Shown here: piece by piece, positions 9,260-17,676 of the stretch | How the letters are laid out: each line of letters opens with the position of its first letter | Position numbering within the stretch: the first letter of the stretch is position 1 | Source: Corynebacterium amycolatum | GTDB taxonomy: Bacteria; Actinomycetota; Actinomycetes; Mycobacteriales; Mycobacteriaceae | Strand: one strand, 5' to 3' | Assembly: GCF_049243625.1 (NCBI RefSeq) | Contig: NZ_CP046975.1 | DNA length: 32,000 nucleotides | The notes under the pieces: model-generated | Databases searched by the model: none | What the model saw: the letters and a program-made list of their open reading frames with translations, nothing else | Told to the model about the DNA's origin: nothing | Made by a program: the position numbers and the translations under genes

Positions 9260-10372
9260 CTACTCCCCTTCGGACTGCTGGGCCATGCGCCAGCGAATAC
9301 CGGCCTCGATGAACCCGTCGAGGTCCCCGTCGAGGACCGACTGTGGGTTGTTGACTTCGTATTCGGTACGCAGATCCTTCACCATCTGGTACGGGTGCAG
9401 CACATAAGAGCGCATCTGGTTACCCCACGAGGCATTACCACCGGCGCCAAGGGCGTCCAGCTCCGCGCGCTCTTCCTGGCGCTTCTTCTCCAGCAACTTC
9501 GCTTGCAGAACGCGCATGGCAGATGCCTTGTTTTGGTGCTGCGACTTCTCGTTCTGACAGGTCACCACTATGCCGGTTGGGACGTGTGTAAGCCGGACCG
9601 CGGAGTCCGTGGTGTTCACCGACTGTCCGCCTGGGCCGGAGGAGCGGTAGACGTCGATACGCAAATCTGACTCGGGGATGTCGATGTGATCTGTTTCCTC
9701 GACGACCGGCAGCACCTCTACCTCGGCGAAGGAAGTCTGGCGGCGCCCCTGGTTATCAAAAGGACTGATGCGAACCAGACGGTGTGCGCCCTGCTCGACC
9801 GAGAGGGTGCCGTACATGTACTCGCCATGGACGACGAAAGTAGCGGACTTAATACCGGCCTCTTCAGCGTAGGACGTGTCGTAAACCTCGACCTTATGCC
9901 CGTGTTTGTCGGCCCAGCGCAGGTACATGCGCATGAGCATCTCGGCCCAGTCAGCGGCATCCACGCCACCGGCACCGGAGCGGATGTTGATGACCGCCTC
10001 GCGCTCGTCGTAAGGCCCCGAAAGCATCGTCGTGACCTCGAGGGATTCGATGTCGGCACGCAGCTCAGCGCGTTCGGCATCGGCCATCTCGACGGCGTCG
10101 GGGTCGCCCTCCTCTTCCGCGAGTTCGTACATCACGGAGAGATCGTCGAGGCGCCCGCGCAGCGAGTCAATCTTTTTCTTCTTCGCCTGCGCCTGCGACA
10201 GTGCACTGGTGACCTGCTGCGCGTGGTCGGGGTCATCCCACAGCGACGGGTCGGCGGCCTGGGCTTCCAACTCCCTGATCCGGTCGGAAAGCTCGTCGAC
10301 ATCGACCACCTTCTCAATGGTGGTCAGCGTCGCGTCGAGTTCTTTGAGGTCAGCATTCAGATCCGGGTTCAC
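9260..10372 (-). CDS. prfB: Peptide chain release factor 2
   Basis: The SPF tripeptide (ISPFDNQG) and GGQ motif ([17 protein letters not shown]) are present. The start is set to the GTG at 10372-10370 because [22 protein letters not shown] aligns with the N-termini of corynebacterial RF2. The ORF is uninterrupted, so there is no programmed +1 frameshift. Confidence 0.9.
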   Translation of the reverse strand: MNPDLNADLKELDATLTTIEKVVDVDELSDRIRELEAQAADPSLWDDPDHAQQVTSALSQAQAKKKKIDSLRGRLDDLSVMYELAEEEGDPDAVEMADAERAELRADIESLEVTTMLSGPYDEREAVINIRSGAGGVDAADWAEMLMRMYLRWADKHGHKVEVYDTSYAEEAGIKSATFVVHGEYMYGTLSVEQGAHRLVRISPFDNQGRRQTSFAEVEVLPVVEETDHIDIPESDLRIDVYRSSGPGGQSVNTTDSAVRLTHVPTGIVVTCQNEKSQHQNKASAMRVLQAKLLEKKRQEERAELDALGAGGNASWGNQMRSYVLHPYQMVKDLRTEYEVNNPQSVLDGDLDGFIEAGIRWRMAQQSEGE

Positions 10373-10419
10373 GGGTACTACCTTAGCTATACCTCCTGTT
10401 TCGGTGCACAATAGGACGT

Positions 10420-11280
10420 ATGTCTGAATCCACCGCCAGCCAAGATTCCAGCCAAGACCTAGAACTCTTTCTCTCCCAAGTTTCCGAGTCAATTGTGGCA
10501 TCGGATACCAGTGTTGCGGTTGCCATCGTGAAGCGTGCCGCTGCCATTGCTGCTCGCATGCGCGACGAAGGCCTGGTCACGGAGTACAAGACATCGATTT
10601 CCGACGTCGTCACCGCGGCCGACCGCGCAGCGGAGAAGTTCGTCGTCGAGGCCTTGGCCGCGCTCCGCCCGGAGGACGGCATTCTTGGCGAGGAAGGGTC
10701 GGCGAAGGAATCCCAATCGGGTCGCACGTGGGTGATTGACCCTGTCGATGGCACCTACAATTTCACCACTGGTTCGGACTACTGGTGCAGTGCGTTGGCG
10801 CTGGTTATGGGCGATGCGAGCAATCCGGATGAGGTCATCCTCGGTGCGGTGCATCGCCCGGCAACGGGCGAAAGCTGGATTGGCGGCCCCAATCTGCCGA
10901 CCAGTCGTATCAACATTGACGGCACTATTGACGACCTTCGAGTCACTGACCATCCGCTCTCGGAAGTCTGCGCAGCGACCTACCTCCACACCGCGGTGGT
11001 GAACTCGAGCGAGGAATCCGAGGTCACGGCCACAAAGTCCTGGCTGGATGCGGTGTCTCGCAGCGCTACCTGGCGCATGCTGGGCTCAGCGTCGGTGGAT
11101 ATGGCCGGCGTAGCCGATGGCCGCATCGGCGTATGGTTCCAGCGCGACGTCGCGGCCTGGGACTGGCTGCCGGGATACGCACTTATTAAGGGCGCAGGCG
11201 GCGAATGCACGTCGGTGGGGCGCTGGAAGCTCGCGGGCTCAAGCGGCCAGGTCGCAGAGTTACGTGAGGTTCTGCGCTAG
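10420..11280 (+). CDS. Inositol monophosphatase (IMPase/SuhB) family protein
   Basis: IMPase motifs are present: [18 protein letters not shown] and [15 protein letters not shown]. It is divergent from prfB. Confidence 0.85.
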   Translation: MSESTASQDSSQDLELFLSQVSESIVASDTSVAVAIVKRAAAIAARMRDEGLVTEYKTSISDVVTAADRAAEKFVVEALAALRPEDGILGEEGSAKESQSGRTWVIDPVDGTYNFTTGSDYWCSALALVMGDASNPDEVILGAVHRPATGESWIGGPNLPTSRINIDGTIDDLRVTDHPLSEVCAATYLHTAVVNSSEESEVTATKSWLDAVSRSATWRMLGSASVDMAGVADGRIGVWFQRDVAAWDWLPGYALIKGAGGECTSVGRWKLAGSSGQVAELREVLR

Positions 11281-11290
11281 AATTTCGGCC

Positions 11291-12091
11291 ATGACCACCT
11301 CTTACTCCGAAGATCTCGCCCTCGCACTCTCGCTTGCCGACGCAGCCGACGACCTCACAATGTCCCGCTTCGAGGCGGCCAACCTAGTCGTCGAGTCCAA
11401 GCCCGACCTCACACCGGTCTCCGATGCCGATATCGCGTGCGAAAAGCTGCTCCGCGAGATTCTGTCGGACAAGCGCCCGAGCGATGAGGTCCTCGGCGAA
11501 GAATTCGGTGGCGAAGCTGTGTTTGAGGGCCGTCAGTGGGTCATCGACCCCATCGACGGCACGAAGAACTTCGTGCGCAATGTCCCGGTCTGGGCCACCT
11601 TGATTGCCCTGTTGGAAGACGGCAAGCCGGTTGTCGGCGTGGTTTCCGCCCCTGCGCTGGGACGTCGCTGGTGGGCGTCCAAGGGCGACGGCGCATTCAA
11701 GCGCGTGCAGGTCGGCGGCCGGGAAGCCGCTGAGAGCCGCATTGAAGTCTCGAAGGTAGCAGATGTCGCGGACTGCTCAATCTCCAACTCTTCGCTCACA
11801 GGTTGGGCCGAGCGCGATTTGCGCGACAACTTCATCGGTCTCACCGATGACGCCTGGCGCCTGCGCGGCTATGGCGACTTCTTCTCCTACTGCCTGGTAG
11901 CGGAGGGTGCGGTCGATGTCGCCGCGGAGCCGGAGGTTTCCCTGTGGGACCTGGCAGCTCTTGCGATTCTGGTGGAGGAAGCTGGCGGCCGCTTCACTTC
12001 TCTAGCGGGTGTCAACGGGCCGCACGGCGGGGACGCGGTTGCGACGAATGGGTTGCTTCACGACGCCGTCGTCAAGCGCCTGAATAGGTAA
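11291..12091 (+). CDS. hisN: Histidinol-phosphatase of the IMPase family (HisN-like)
   Basis: The motifs [44 protein letters not shown] and [16 protein letters not shown] match the actinobacterial HisN type. The hisN-IMPase-prfB neighbourhood matches what I recall for C. glutamicum. The start is set at ATG 11291, not 11117, which would overlap the upstream gene. Confidence 0.7.
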   Translation: MTTSYSEDLALALSLADAADDLTMSRFEAANLVVESKPDLTPVSDADIACEKLLREILSDKRPSDEVLGEEFGGEAVFEGRQWVIDPIDGTKNFVRNVPVWATLIALLEDGKPVVGVVSAPALGRRWWASKGDGAFKRVQVGGREAAESRIEVSKVADVADCSISNSSLTGWAERDLRDNFIGLTDDAWRLRGYGDFFSYCLVAEGAVDVAAEPEVSLWDLAALAILVEEAGGRFTSLAGVNGPHGGDAVATNGLLHDAVVKRLNR

Positions 12092-12133
12092 CCAGAGTTT
12101 TCCAACCTATCGCAATTTGCGACGAGCGGCTCA

Positions 12134-12472
12134 CTACCTCCCGTCCGCGTGACCGATATCCAGGATACGTCGCAGCTCAGCAAATACCTCAGGGCGTACC
12201 TCATGGGTTACTACCCGTCCACTCTTAGATCTAGTTAGCAGCCCGGCATCCGCCATGGTCTTTAAATGATGCGACACCGTAGGCTGACTAAGCCCAGAAA
12301 CAGCGGCCAGCTCCCCCACGGTCATCGGGCTACAGCCAGCGGCAGCGAGCTGAGACAAAATTTGCAGGCGCGCCGGTTGCGCCAGCGCTTTGAAGAGCGT
12401 TGCCGCAGCCTGCGCTTCCGCCGCGTCGAGAGGCCGACCGCCAAGTGCACAGCATTCTGAGATTTCGTCCAT
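12134..12472 (-). CDS. arsR: ArsR/SmtB-family arsenic-responsive repressor
   Basis: A winged-HTH is present (ARLQILSQL...VGELAAVSGLSQPTVSHHLKTMADAGLL). An N-terminal Cys-Cys pair (SECCAL) plus an internal Cys (AAGCSP) resembles the C. glutamicum ArsR As(III) site. The gene is divergent from acr3. Confidence 0.9.
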   Translation of the reverse strand: MDEISECCALGGRPLDAAEAQAAATLFKALAQPARLQILSQLAAAGCSPMTVGELAAVSGLSQPTVSHHLKTMADAGLLTRSKSGRVVTHEVRPEVFAELRRILDIGHADGR

Positions 12473-12502
12473 ACCTGTTGAGGCTACACGGCCTCCCCTC
12501 TA

Positions 12503-12528
12503 AATATATTGACAATCATCGATATATT
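12503..12528. promoter_or_regulatory. Candidate ArsR operator: imperfect inverted repeat AATATATTGA-N6-TCGATATATT
   Basis: The arms match at 9/10 positions. The repeat is centred in the 72-bp arsR/acr3 divergent intergenic region and overlaps an AT-rich promoter-like sequence. Confidence 0.5.
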
Positions 12529-12544
12529 GGTTACACAGGAAACT

Positions 12545-13612
12545 ATGACACAGACTACAAAGTCACTCAGCTTCCTAGATCGCTTCTTGCCGCTATGGAT
12601 TGCAGCTGCAATGGCAATTGGCCTCATTCTGGGCAAAATTGCACCGTCACTTGTGAACTGGCTGGCAGAGGCAAAAATTGCGACAATTTCCGTACCAATC
12701 GCCATCGGCTTGCTGGTCATGATGTACCCACCGCTCGCAAAGGTTCGATACGACAAAACGGGCAAAATTTTGACATCCAGGAAGCTGATGGGCATCACAG
12801 TCTTCCTCAATTGGATTCTCGGCCCCGCACTGATGTTCGCCCTTGCCTGGATATTCCTCAGTGATAGTCCAGAACTGCGCACTGGCGTGATCATCGTCGG
12901 TCTCGCCCGCTGCATTGCAATGGTTTTGGTCTGGAACGACCTATCTTGCGGCGATACTGAAGTCGCTGCCGTACTGGTGGCCGTAAACTCGCTATTTCAA
13001 ATTCTCATGTTCGGCGCTCTAGGGTGGTTCTACCTGCAGATTCTGCCCTCCTGGTTGGGACTGGAAACCACTTCCGCCACCTTTTCTTTTTGGGCAATCG
13101 CACTATCCGTAGTGGTATTCCTCGGTATTCCGCTTCTAGCTGGCGCAGCATCACGCATAATTGGTGAACGCACCCGTGGTCGCGACTGGTATGAAAATGA
13201 GTACTTGCCCAAAATCTCGCCATTGGCGCTTGCCGGCCTTCTATACACAATCGTGTTGCTCTTTGCGCTTCAGTCACAGCAGATTCTTGAGAATCCCTGG
13301 ACCGTTGCGAAAGTGGCGCTACCACTAGTGATCTACTTCCTCGCCATGTTCGCAATCGCTCTCACTTCGGCCAAGGCCGCGGGCATGAACTACGCAACCT
13401 CCGCATCGATTGCCTTTACGGCTGCCGGGAATAACTTCGAGTTGGCAATTGCGGTTGCGATTGGCACCTTCGGCCCATTGTCCCAGCAAGCACTTGCGGG
13501 AACGATTGGACCACTTATTGAAGTACCCGTACTCGTTGCACTTGTCTACGTCACCCGCTGGCTCGGGCCGCGCCTTTTCCCCAATGACCTTTCCGTACCG
13601 GACAAACTATAG
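12545..13612 (+). CDS. acr3: ACR3-family arsenite efflux permease
   Basis: The N-terminal LSFLDRFLPLWIAAAMAIGLILG and about 10 TM helices are typical of ACR3/ArsB(Acr3). The ATG at 12545 is preceded by AGGAA. It lies between arsR and arsC. Confidence 0.9.
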   Translation: MTQTTKSLSFLDRFLPLWIAAAMAIGLILGKIAPSLVNWLAEAKIATISVPIAIGLLVMMYPPLAKVRYDKTGKILTSRKLMGITVFLNWILGPALMFALAWIFLSDSPELRTGVIIVGLARCIAMVLVWNDLSCGDTEVAAVLVAVNSLFQILMFGALGWFYLQILPSWLGLETTSATFSFWAIALSVVVFLGIPLLAGAASRIIGERTRGRDWYENEYLPKISPLALAGLLYTIVLLFALQSQQILENPWTVAKVALPLVIYFLAMFAIALTSAKAAGMNYATSASIAFTAAGNNFELAIAVAIGTFGPLSQQALAGTIGPLIEVPVLVALVYVTRWLGPRLFPNDLSVPDKL

Positions 13613-13627
13613 AAAAAGGGTTCTGAA

Positions 13628-14056
13628 ATGAAGGAAATCCCGAAGGTACTTTTCATCTGCGTGGCAAATGCCGGTAAATCCCAGATGGCCGAGGCCATTG
13701 CGCGTGCAAAATATGCCACGCAGTTCACCGCCCTTTCAGCAGGAACGAACCCCAAAACTACTACCAATGCGCTTGCAGCCAAATCAGTTGCAGAAATCGG
13801 CGCCTCTATGGACGGTGCATCACCAAAGCCCATTGACTCCACGATTCTCCGGACTGCAGATCGTGTTGTCATCATCGGCGATGCCGCTCATGTAGAGCTC
13901 CCCTCGGACGCTCAAGGCTCACTCGAGCATTGGCTTACTGACGAGCCTTCAAAACGAGGCATCGACGGAGAAGAACGCATGGACCTGATTCGCGATGACC
14001 TCGAGCGCCGTATCGACAAGTTAGCTGTCGAACTCCGTTCCACTAAGAATCCCTAA
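13628..14056 (+). CDS. arsC: Arsenate reductase, LMW-PTPase fold, single-cysteine (mycothiol/mycoredoxin-dependent type)
   Basis: The P-loop is VLFICVANAGKSQMAEAI, with one catalytic Cys and no downstream Cys pair. This is the pattern I recall for C. glutamicum ArsC1/ArsC2 rather than the thioredoxin-coupled CTGNSCRS type. Confidence 0.8.
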   Translation: MKEIPKVLFICVANAGKSQMAEAIARAKYATQFTALSAGTNPKTTTNALAAKSVAEIGASMDGASPKPIDSTILRTADRVVIIGDAAHVELPSDAQGSLEHWLTDEPSKRGIDGEERMDLIRDDLERRIDKLAVELRSTKNP

Positions 14057-14559
14057 GCGGCAGAATCCAACAAAAGCCTCCTTATCGCCAGCGTAAGCCA
14101 CACGACTGCGCCGACGCCTGCGATGAGACCGAGGAGCAGGAATATCAGACCGACTCCCCAAAGCCCGGTGATGTCGTCAGTGCCGGCGATGATGCTCCAG
14201 CACAGGGTATAGCCGGCGACCGCTGCCCACCAGGTGGGCAGCAGGTTCAGAGTTGGGGCGGGCACGCGCATCATGGCAGAGGCAGTGAGGATGACCATCG
14301 CGAAGCCACTGCAGAAAACCTGCCATGGCGAGTAGTTGTATTCACCCTCGGGCATCCACGCGAGCGTACAAAAGCAGATTAAGAATGCGGCGACAAAGAC
14401 GAAAACCGTGTGCCCATATGCGATGCGCTCGCCGGACTTTTTGGCCAGCCACGCGGTACCCACCCACGCGAGAGCGGTGGGGATGGCAATAATCAACAGG
14501 TACGCGAGGAAGACTCCTGGCACCTCAGCCCAGGTGAAACTCGTCAGCATCGATGTCAT
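14053..14559 (-). CDS. Hypothetical integral membrane protein (about 5 TM helices)
   Basis: The 168-aa ORF has hydrophobic helices throughout. It converges on arsC and the stop codons overlap. I recognise no family motif. Confidence 0.6.
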   Translation of the reverse strand: MTSMLTSFTWAEVPGVFLAYLLIIAIPTALAWVGTAWLAKKSGERIAYGHTVFVFVAAFLICFCTLAWMPEGEYNYSPWQVFCSGFAMVILTASAMMRVPAPTLNLLPTWWAAVAGYTLCWSIIAGTDDITGLWGVGLIFLLLGLIAGVGAVVWLTLAIRRLLLDSAA

Positions 14560-14769
14560 GCCACCAGGCTACGCCTGCCTCTTAGCTTTTGAGCGCGCTA
14601 GTTTCCCAGTAAAAACACAGACAAAACACTGCGTTTTACACATGCTCACTTAATGTATTGCCAGATTCAGCTACTACAATTAGAAAGTCGTTTTCAATAC
14701 GCCGTTTGTAGAGAGTGCTTTTTACCAAAGAGCACCTCCCTATAAGTTGTAGTAAAGGAGAAATCTGGG

Positions 14770-15726
14770 GTGAATAAACCTACCCGAATCGTGGGGCTTG
14801 ATATAGCGCGCTCACTCGCCATCATCGGCATGATTATTGTCCATATGGCCTCACTACTTTGGAGCACAAAGGTTGTGCTCTCTGGCCTACCCTCATCACT
14901 GTTCGCCATCATCGCCGGCGCCACAATGATGATCATCGGCCGTAATTACAGCAGCACTACCTTCTTGCGTCTAATCACCCGCGGTGCCCTTATCATTCTC
15001 ATCGGCCTGGCACTATTGCCGGTCGGTGGAGAAATTCAGGTGGTCCTCGTCATCATGGGCCTGGTAATGATGCTGGTTTCCTGGATGCCAGCGCTCGGAA
15101 CCTGGTGGCGAGTCGGCTTCTTCATCGCCGCAACCATCGCCGCCACAATCAAGTACGCGCCTATGACGCTGCCACAAATTTATCCGCTACTCGCGTGGAT
15201 TGCATATTTCATCGGCGGCATGCTGCTTTACGACGTCTACTTACGCGGTCGTCTGCAAAGCACTTCCACCTCTGAGACCAGCGCCAATACTCGGTTGAGC
15301 TGGATTGTTACCGCTGTCAGCGTTGTCATCACTGCCGTCGGCATGTACTTCCGATTTAATCCCGAGATTGCTGGCTGGCTCCGCTTTACCGGACACACTG
15401 GCGTCTTCGGCGAAATCATTCTCTCCGTCGCTGTTGCCGCTGTTGTGTTGCACTTGTGCCTGTTCGTAGGCGATCGTTTCCCAGCTGTGGTTTACCCATT
15501 CGCGGCTATGGGAACAATGTCACTGACTATCTACATCCTGCACGTTCTCACCGCGTTTTATTGGCAACAGAATGTGCTATTGCATTCCACGTTGTCCGCA
15601 GCAGGTTTCATCGTATTCTTCCTCGTCATTGCTAGCCTCTGGAAGAAATTTGTCGGACAGGGCCCTGCCGAAAAACTCGTTGCCACCGCAATCAAGGCCA
15701 TTGTTCCTTCTGGGAAAGGGAAATAA
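14770..15726 (+). CDS. Polytopic membrane protein, DUF1624/DUF418-like (heparan-alpha-glucosaminide N-acetyltransferase-like) candidate
   Basis: The GTG start is preceded by AAGGAG (14755-14760). The N-terminus RIVGLDIARSLAIIGMIIVHM resembles that family's signature, and there are about 9 TM helices. The functional call is tentative. Confidence 0.6.
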   Translation: MNKPTRIVGLDIARSLAIIGMIIVHMASLLWSTKVVLSGLPSSLFAIIAGATMMIIGRNYSSTTFLRLITRGALIILIGLALLPVGGEIQVVLVIMGLVMMLVSWMPALGTWWRVGFFIAATIAATIKYAPMTLPQIYPLLAWIAYFIGGMLLYDVYLRGRLQSTSTSETSANTRLSWIVTAVSVVITAVGMYFRFNPEIAGWLRFTGHTGVFGEIILSVAVAAVVLHLCLFVGDRFPAVVYPFAAMGTMSLTIYILHVLTAFYWQQNVLLHSTLSAAGFIVFFLVIASLWKKFVGQGPAEKLVATAIKAIVPSGKGK

Positions 15727-15728
15727 CC

Positions 15729-16802
15729 GTGAAGAAAACATCTTTTTCCATCGCAGCAATTGTTAGCAGCACCCTGCTTCTATCTGCAACCCCAGCTCTT
15801 GCATTGGAAAACGGCGAACCCGCACCCGCAAATGCTGAAAGCAGTTCTGTGGCCGCGCTGAAGATTGGCAAAATCGGCAATTTCGGCGACTGCACCGGAA
15901 CGCTGGTTGCCGACCAGTGGGTACTCACTGCACGCCACTGCCTGGAGTCTGTGAACAACGAAGGGACCCAGGCCCGCATCGGCGGGAAGGTCTACGATGC
16001 CGATTCTTGGGCGCTGTCTCCAATGTCTGATGCGGGGTTGCTTCACCTGACTCAAAAGGTCACTGACGCAACACCCGCGAAGGTTTCCCGCGATATCCCA
16101 ACACCTGGGCAGACGGGAACCCTCTACGGATGGAGCAGCAGCTCGTCCATGGCGCGATCAGGGCAGCTCCCGATGACCAAGATGGTCGTCAAGGAACTGC
16201 TGGGCGGAGCACCGGCTGATGGAACTCCAGGTGAGGCTGCTCCAGATGGGGCCACTCCAGGTGAGGCTGTTCCGGGCGAAGCTGTTCCGGGCGATGCCAT
16301 GGAATCAATGGAGATGCAGCCAGGCGGAGCAATGCCGGGTGCAGTTAAGCCGGATGCAGTAAAGCCAGATGACTCCAAAACCGAGTCGATCCCCGCAGGA
16401 ACGGAAAGCATCCCAGCCGACGCTGCCATGATGCCAATGATTCAAAGCGCCATCCTGGACGCACATTCCGTCTCTGGCGCGGGTATGCAGGGCGGTGACT
16501 CCGGCGGCCCGTTCTTCGTCGACGGCAAGCTCGCGGGCCTGGCTACTGCCGGAACCTCCAATGGCGATCCTGACCTACCCTCCCCCAGCGCAGCTATCAC
16601 CACCCTCGCTGGCACGGCTGACTGGATCGATGACATCACCTCTGGCCGAGACACAGAAAGCGTGCTGACCGCGGAGAACACTCCTGCTCCGCCAAAGACC
16701 ATTCAGACCAGCGCCGATCACATGTGGGGTTACCTCGCCATCGCGTGCGTTGGCCTGGTTGTCGCAGCAGCCTGGTCGCGCATTAGGAATGGCCGACAGT
16801 AG
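15729..16802 (+). CDS. Secreted, C-terminally membrane-anchored trypsin-like (S1) serine protease with an internal Pro/Gly/Ala/Glu-rich repeat insertion
   Basis: A signal peptide is present (MKKTSFSIAAIVSSTLLLSATPALALE). The catalytic His lies in WVLTARHC, the Asp region in SDAGLLHL and the catalytic Ser in GGDSGGPFF. A C-terminal TM helix (WGYLAIACVGLVVAAAW) is followed by RIRNGRQ. Confidence 0.85.
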   Translation: MKKTSFSIAAIVSSTLLLSATPALALENGEPAPANAESSSVAALKIGKIGNFGDCTGTLVADQWVLTARHCLESVNNEGTQARIGGKVYDADSWALSPMSDAGLLHLTQKVTDATPAKVSRDIPTPGQTGTLYGWSSSSSMARSGQLPMTKMVVKELLGGAPADGTPGEAAPDGATPGEAVPGEAVPGDAMESMEMQPGGAMPGAVKPDAVKPDDSKTESIPAGTESIPADAAMMPMIQSAILDAHSVSGAGMQGGDSGGPFFVDGKLAGLATAGTSNGDPDLPSPSAAITTLAGTADWIDDITSGRDTESVLTAENTPAPPKTIQTSADHMWGYLAIACVGLVVAAAWSRIRNGRQ

Positions 16803-16824
16803 AACCGTCTAACCACAACCACAA

Positions 16825-16861
16825 GCCGCCTCCCCGGAAAGTACTGGGTAGGCGGCTTTTA
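16825..16861 (+). terminator. Rho-independent terminator of the protease gene
   Basis: The stem GCCGCCT(16825-16831)/AGGCGGC(16850-16856) has additional inner CCC/GGG pairs and is followed by TTTTAT. Confidence 0.7.
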
Positions 16862-17141
16862 TCGTGCATGCGAGGAACTTAATAGTGACCGAAGCCACAA
16901 AATCTCTCGGTAACTGACGTACAATCGTGAGATAATCCTATGGTTTTATTCCAATTTTTCTAAGAATCGACGATTCGGTGAGGTCACACTTATCGGTGGC
17001 CTGGCTCTGTTGATTCCGCCAATGATCTGGCTGAAGAAATCGAAAGCCAAGACTTCGTAGAATTCTTTATGAAGGGGCGAAAAAAAGGAACGAGTCACTC
17101 CACATCCGCCCACATTTCGAGCCCACCGTGGGAGTCCAAGC

Positions 17142-17170
17142 CTGTCTGGCAGCTGTCTGTCAGCTGTCTG
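17142..17170. repeat. Three CTGTCTG motifs at 11-bp spacing (tandem CAGCTGTCTG units)
   Basis: The sequence is cCTGTCTGgcagCTGTCTGtcagCTGTCTGccc. It lies in an ORF-free region on the chromosomal side of the attachment site. Confidence 0.6.
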
Positions 17171-17479
17171 CCCACCGTTTTGCCAGTATTGCGCTCACTT
17201 ATCGATGCATGATTCACCCATCGATGCGCTCCAGCGTATCCATAAGTGAATAACTCATCGATATGTGAAACCGAAAGCTAGCAGCGCGTACATGAGCTGA
17301 GGCAAATCGGCCAGAATCAACCCAGCAACTCCTCAAGCTAAGTACCTTCAGGCCGACTAATCGAGCAGCGCCTCACGCTGCATTTTGACGACCGTCCTTC
17401 AATGCCCGGTTGTGAAGTGCGCGAGTTCGTCAGACCCAACGACTGCCCAACGGCTTAAGCCCCAAGCGGTGATTTGACC

Positions 17480-17524
17480 CCCGAATAACGAAGACCCCTA
17501 CCAGCGTTTACACCGGTAGGGGTC
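17480..17524 (-). terminator. Hairpin terminator following the displaced tRNA 3' fragment
   Basis: A 10-bp stem GACCCCTACC(17493-17502)/GGTAGGGGTC(17515-17524) is followed on the minus strand by TTCGTTATTCGG. It is homologous to the terminator at 29284-29328. Confidence 0.6.
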
Positions 17525-17530
17525 TCTTCT

Positions 17531-17570
17531 TAGTGGCGGGGGCTGGATTCGAACCAACGACCTCTGGGTT
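17531..17570 (-). repeat. Attachment-site direct repeat: displaced 3' half of tRNA-fMet (T-arm plus acceptor 3' strand, no 5' half)
   Basis: It aligns with 29337-29376 at an offset of 11,806 bp. The 14-bp block ACGACCTCTGGGTT is identical (17557-17570 and 29363-29376). The two internal mismatches (17544 and 17556) are compensatory in the T-stem, and the sequences diverge immediately at 17571. Confidence 0.85.
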
Positions 17571-17676
17571 CTCACCCTCATGTTCGAGCCACCTGCAGTT
17601 ATTGCCCTTTTACCTGCTGTTTAGAGAGGTATCAGTATACTGGCGCCTACTGGTCTTTACCGCAGATTACCGACTC

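Noticed and set aside
9686-10414. 242-aa plus-strand ORF, with other ORFs nested in 9395-10427
   Set aside because: They are antisense to or out of frame with prfB, whose SPF/GGQ motifs identify the true frame.
10373-10501. N-terminal extension of prfB (ATG at 10501) and a possible programmed +1 frameshift
   Set aside because: The extension has no RF2 similarity, whereas the GTG at 10372 reproduces the conserved RF2 N-terminus. The ORF is continuous and has no in-frame UGA shift site, so there is no frameshift.
11117-11290. Upstream extension of the hisN ORF
   Set aside because: It overlaps the last 164 nt of the IMPase gene in another frame and encodes Arg/Ala-rich sequence of no recognisable character. 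The ATG at 11291, directly after the upstream stop, gives a normal HisN N-terminus.
16124-16702. Minus-strand ORFs (101 aa and 86 aa) and the idea that the protease is two genes split by the repeat region
   Set aside because: The plus-strand frame is continuous from the signal peptide through the His, Asp and Ser catalytic regions to the TM anchor. The antisense ORFs merely mirror the Pro/Gly/Ala-rich repeat.
17531-17570. A possible second complete tRNA gene
   Set aside because: Only the T-arm and acceptor 3' strand are present. Sequence 5' of the core (17571 onward) cannot form anticodon or D arms, so it is an att-site remnant.
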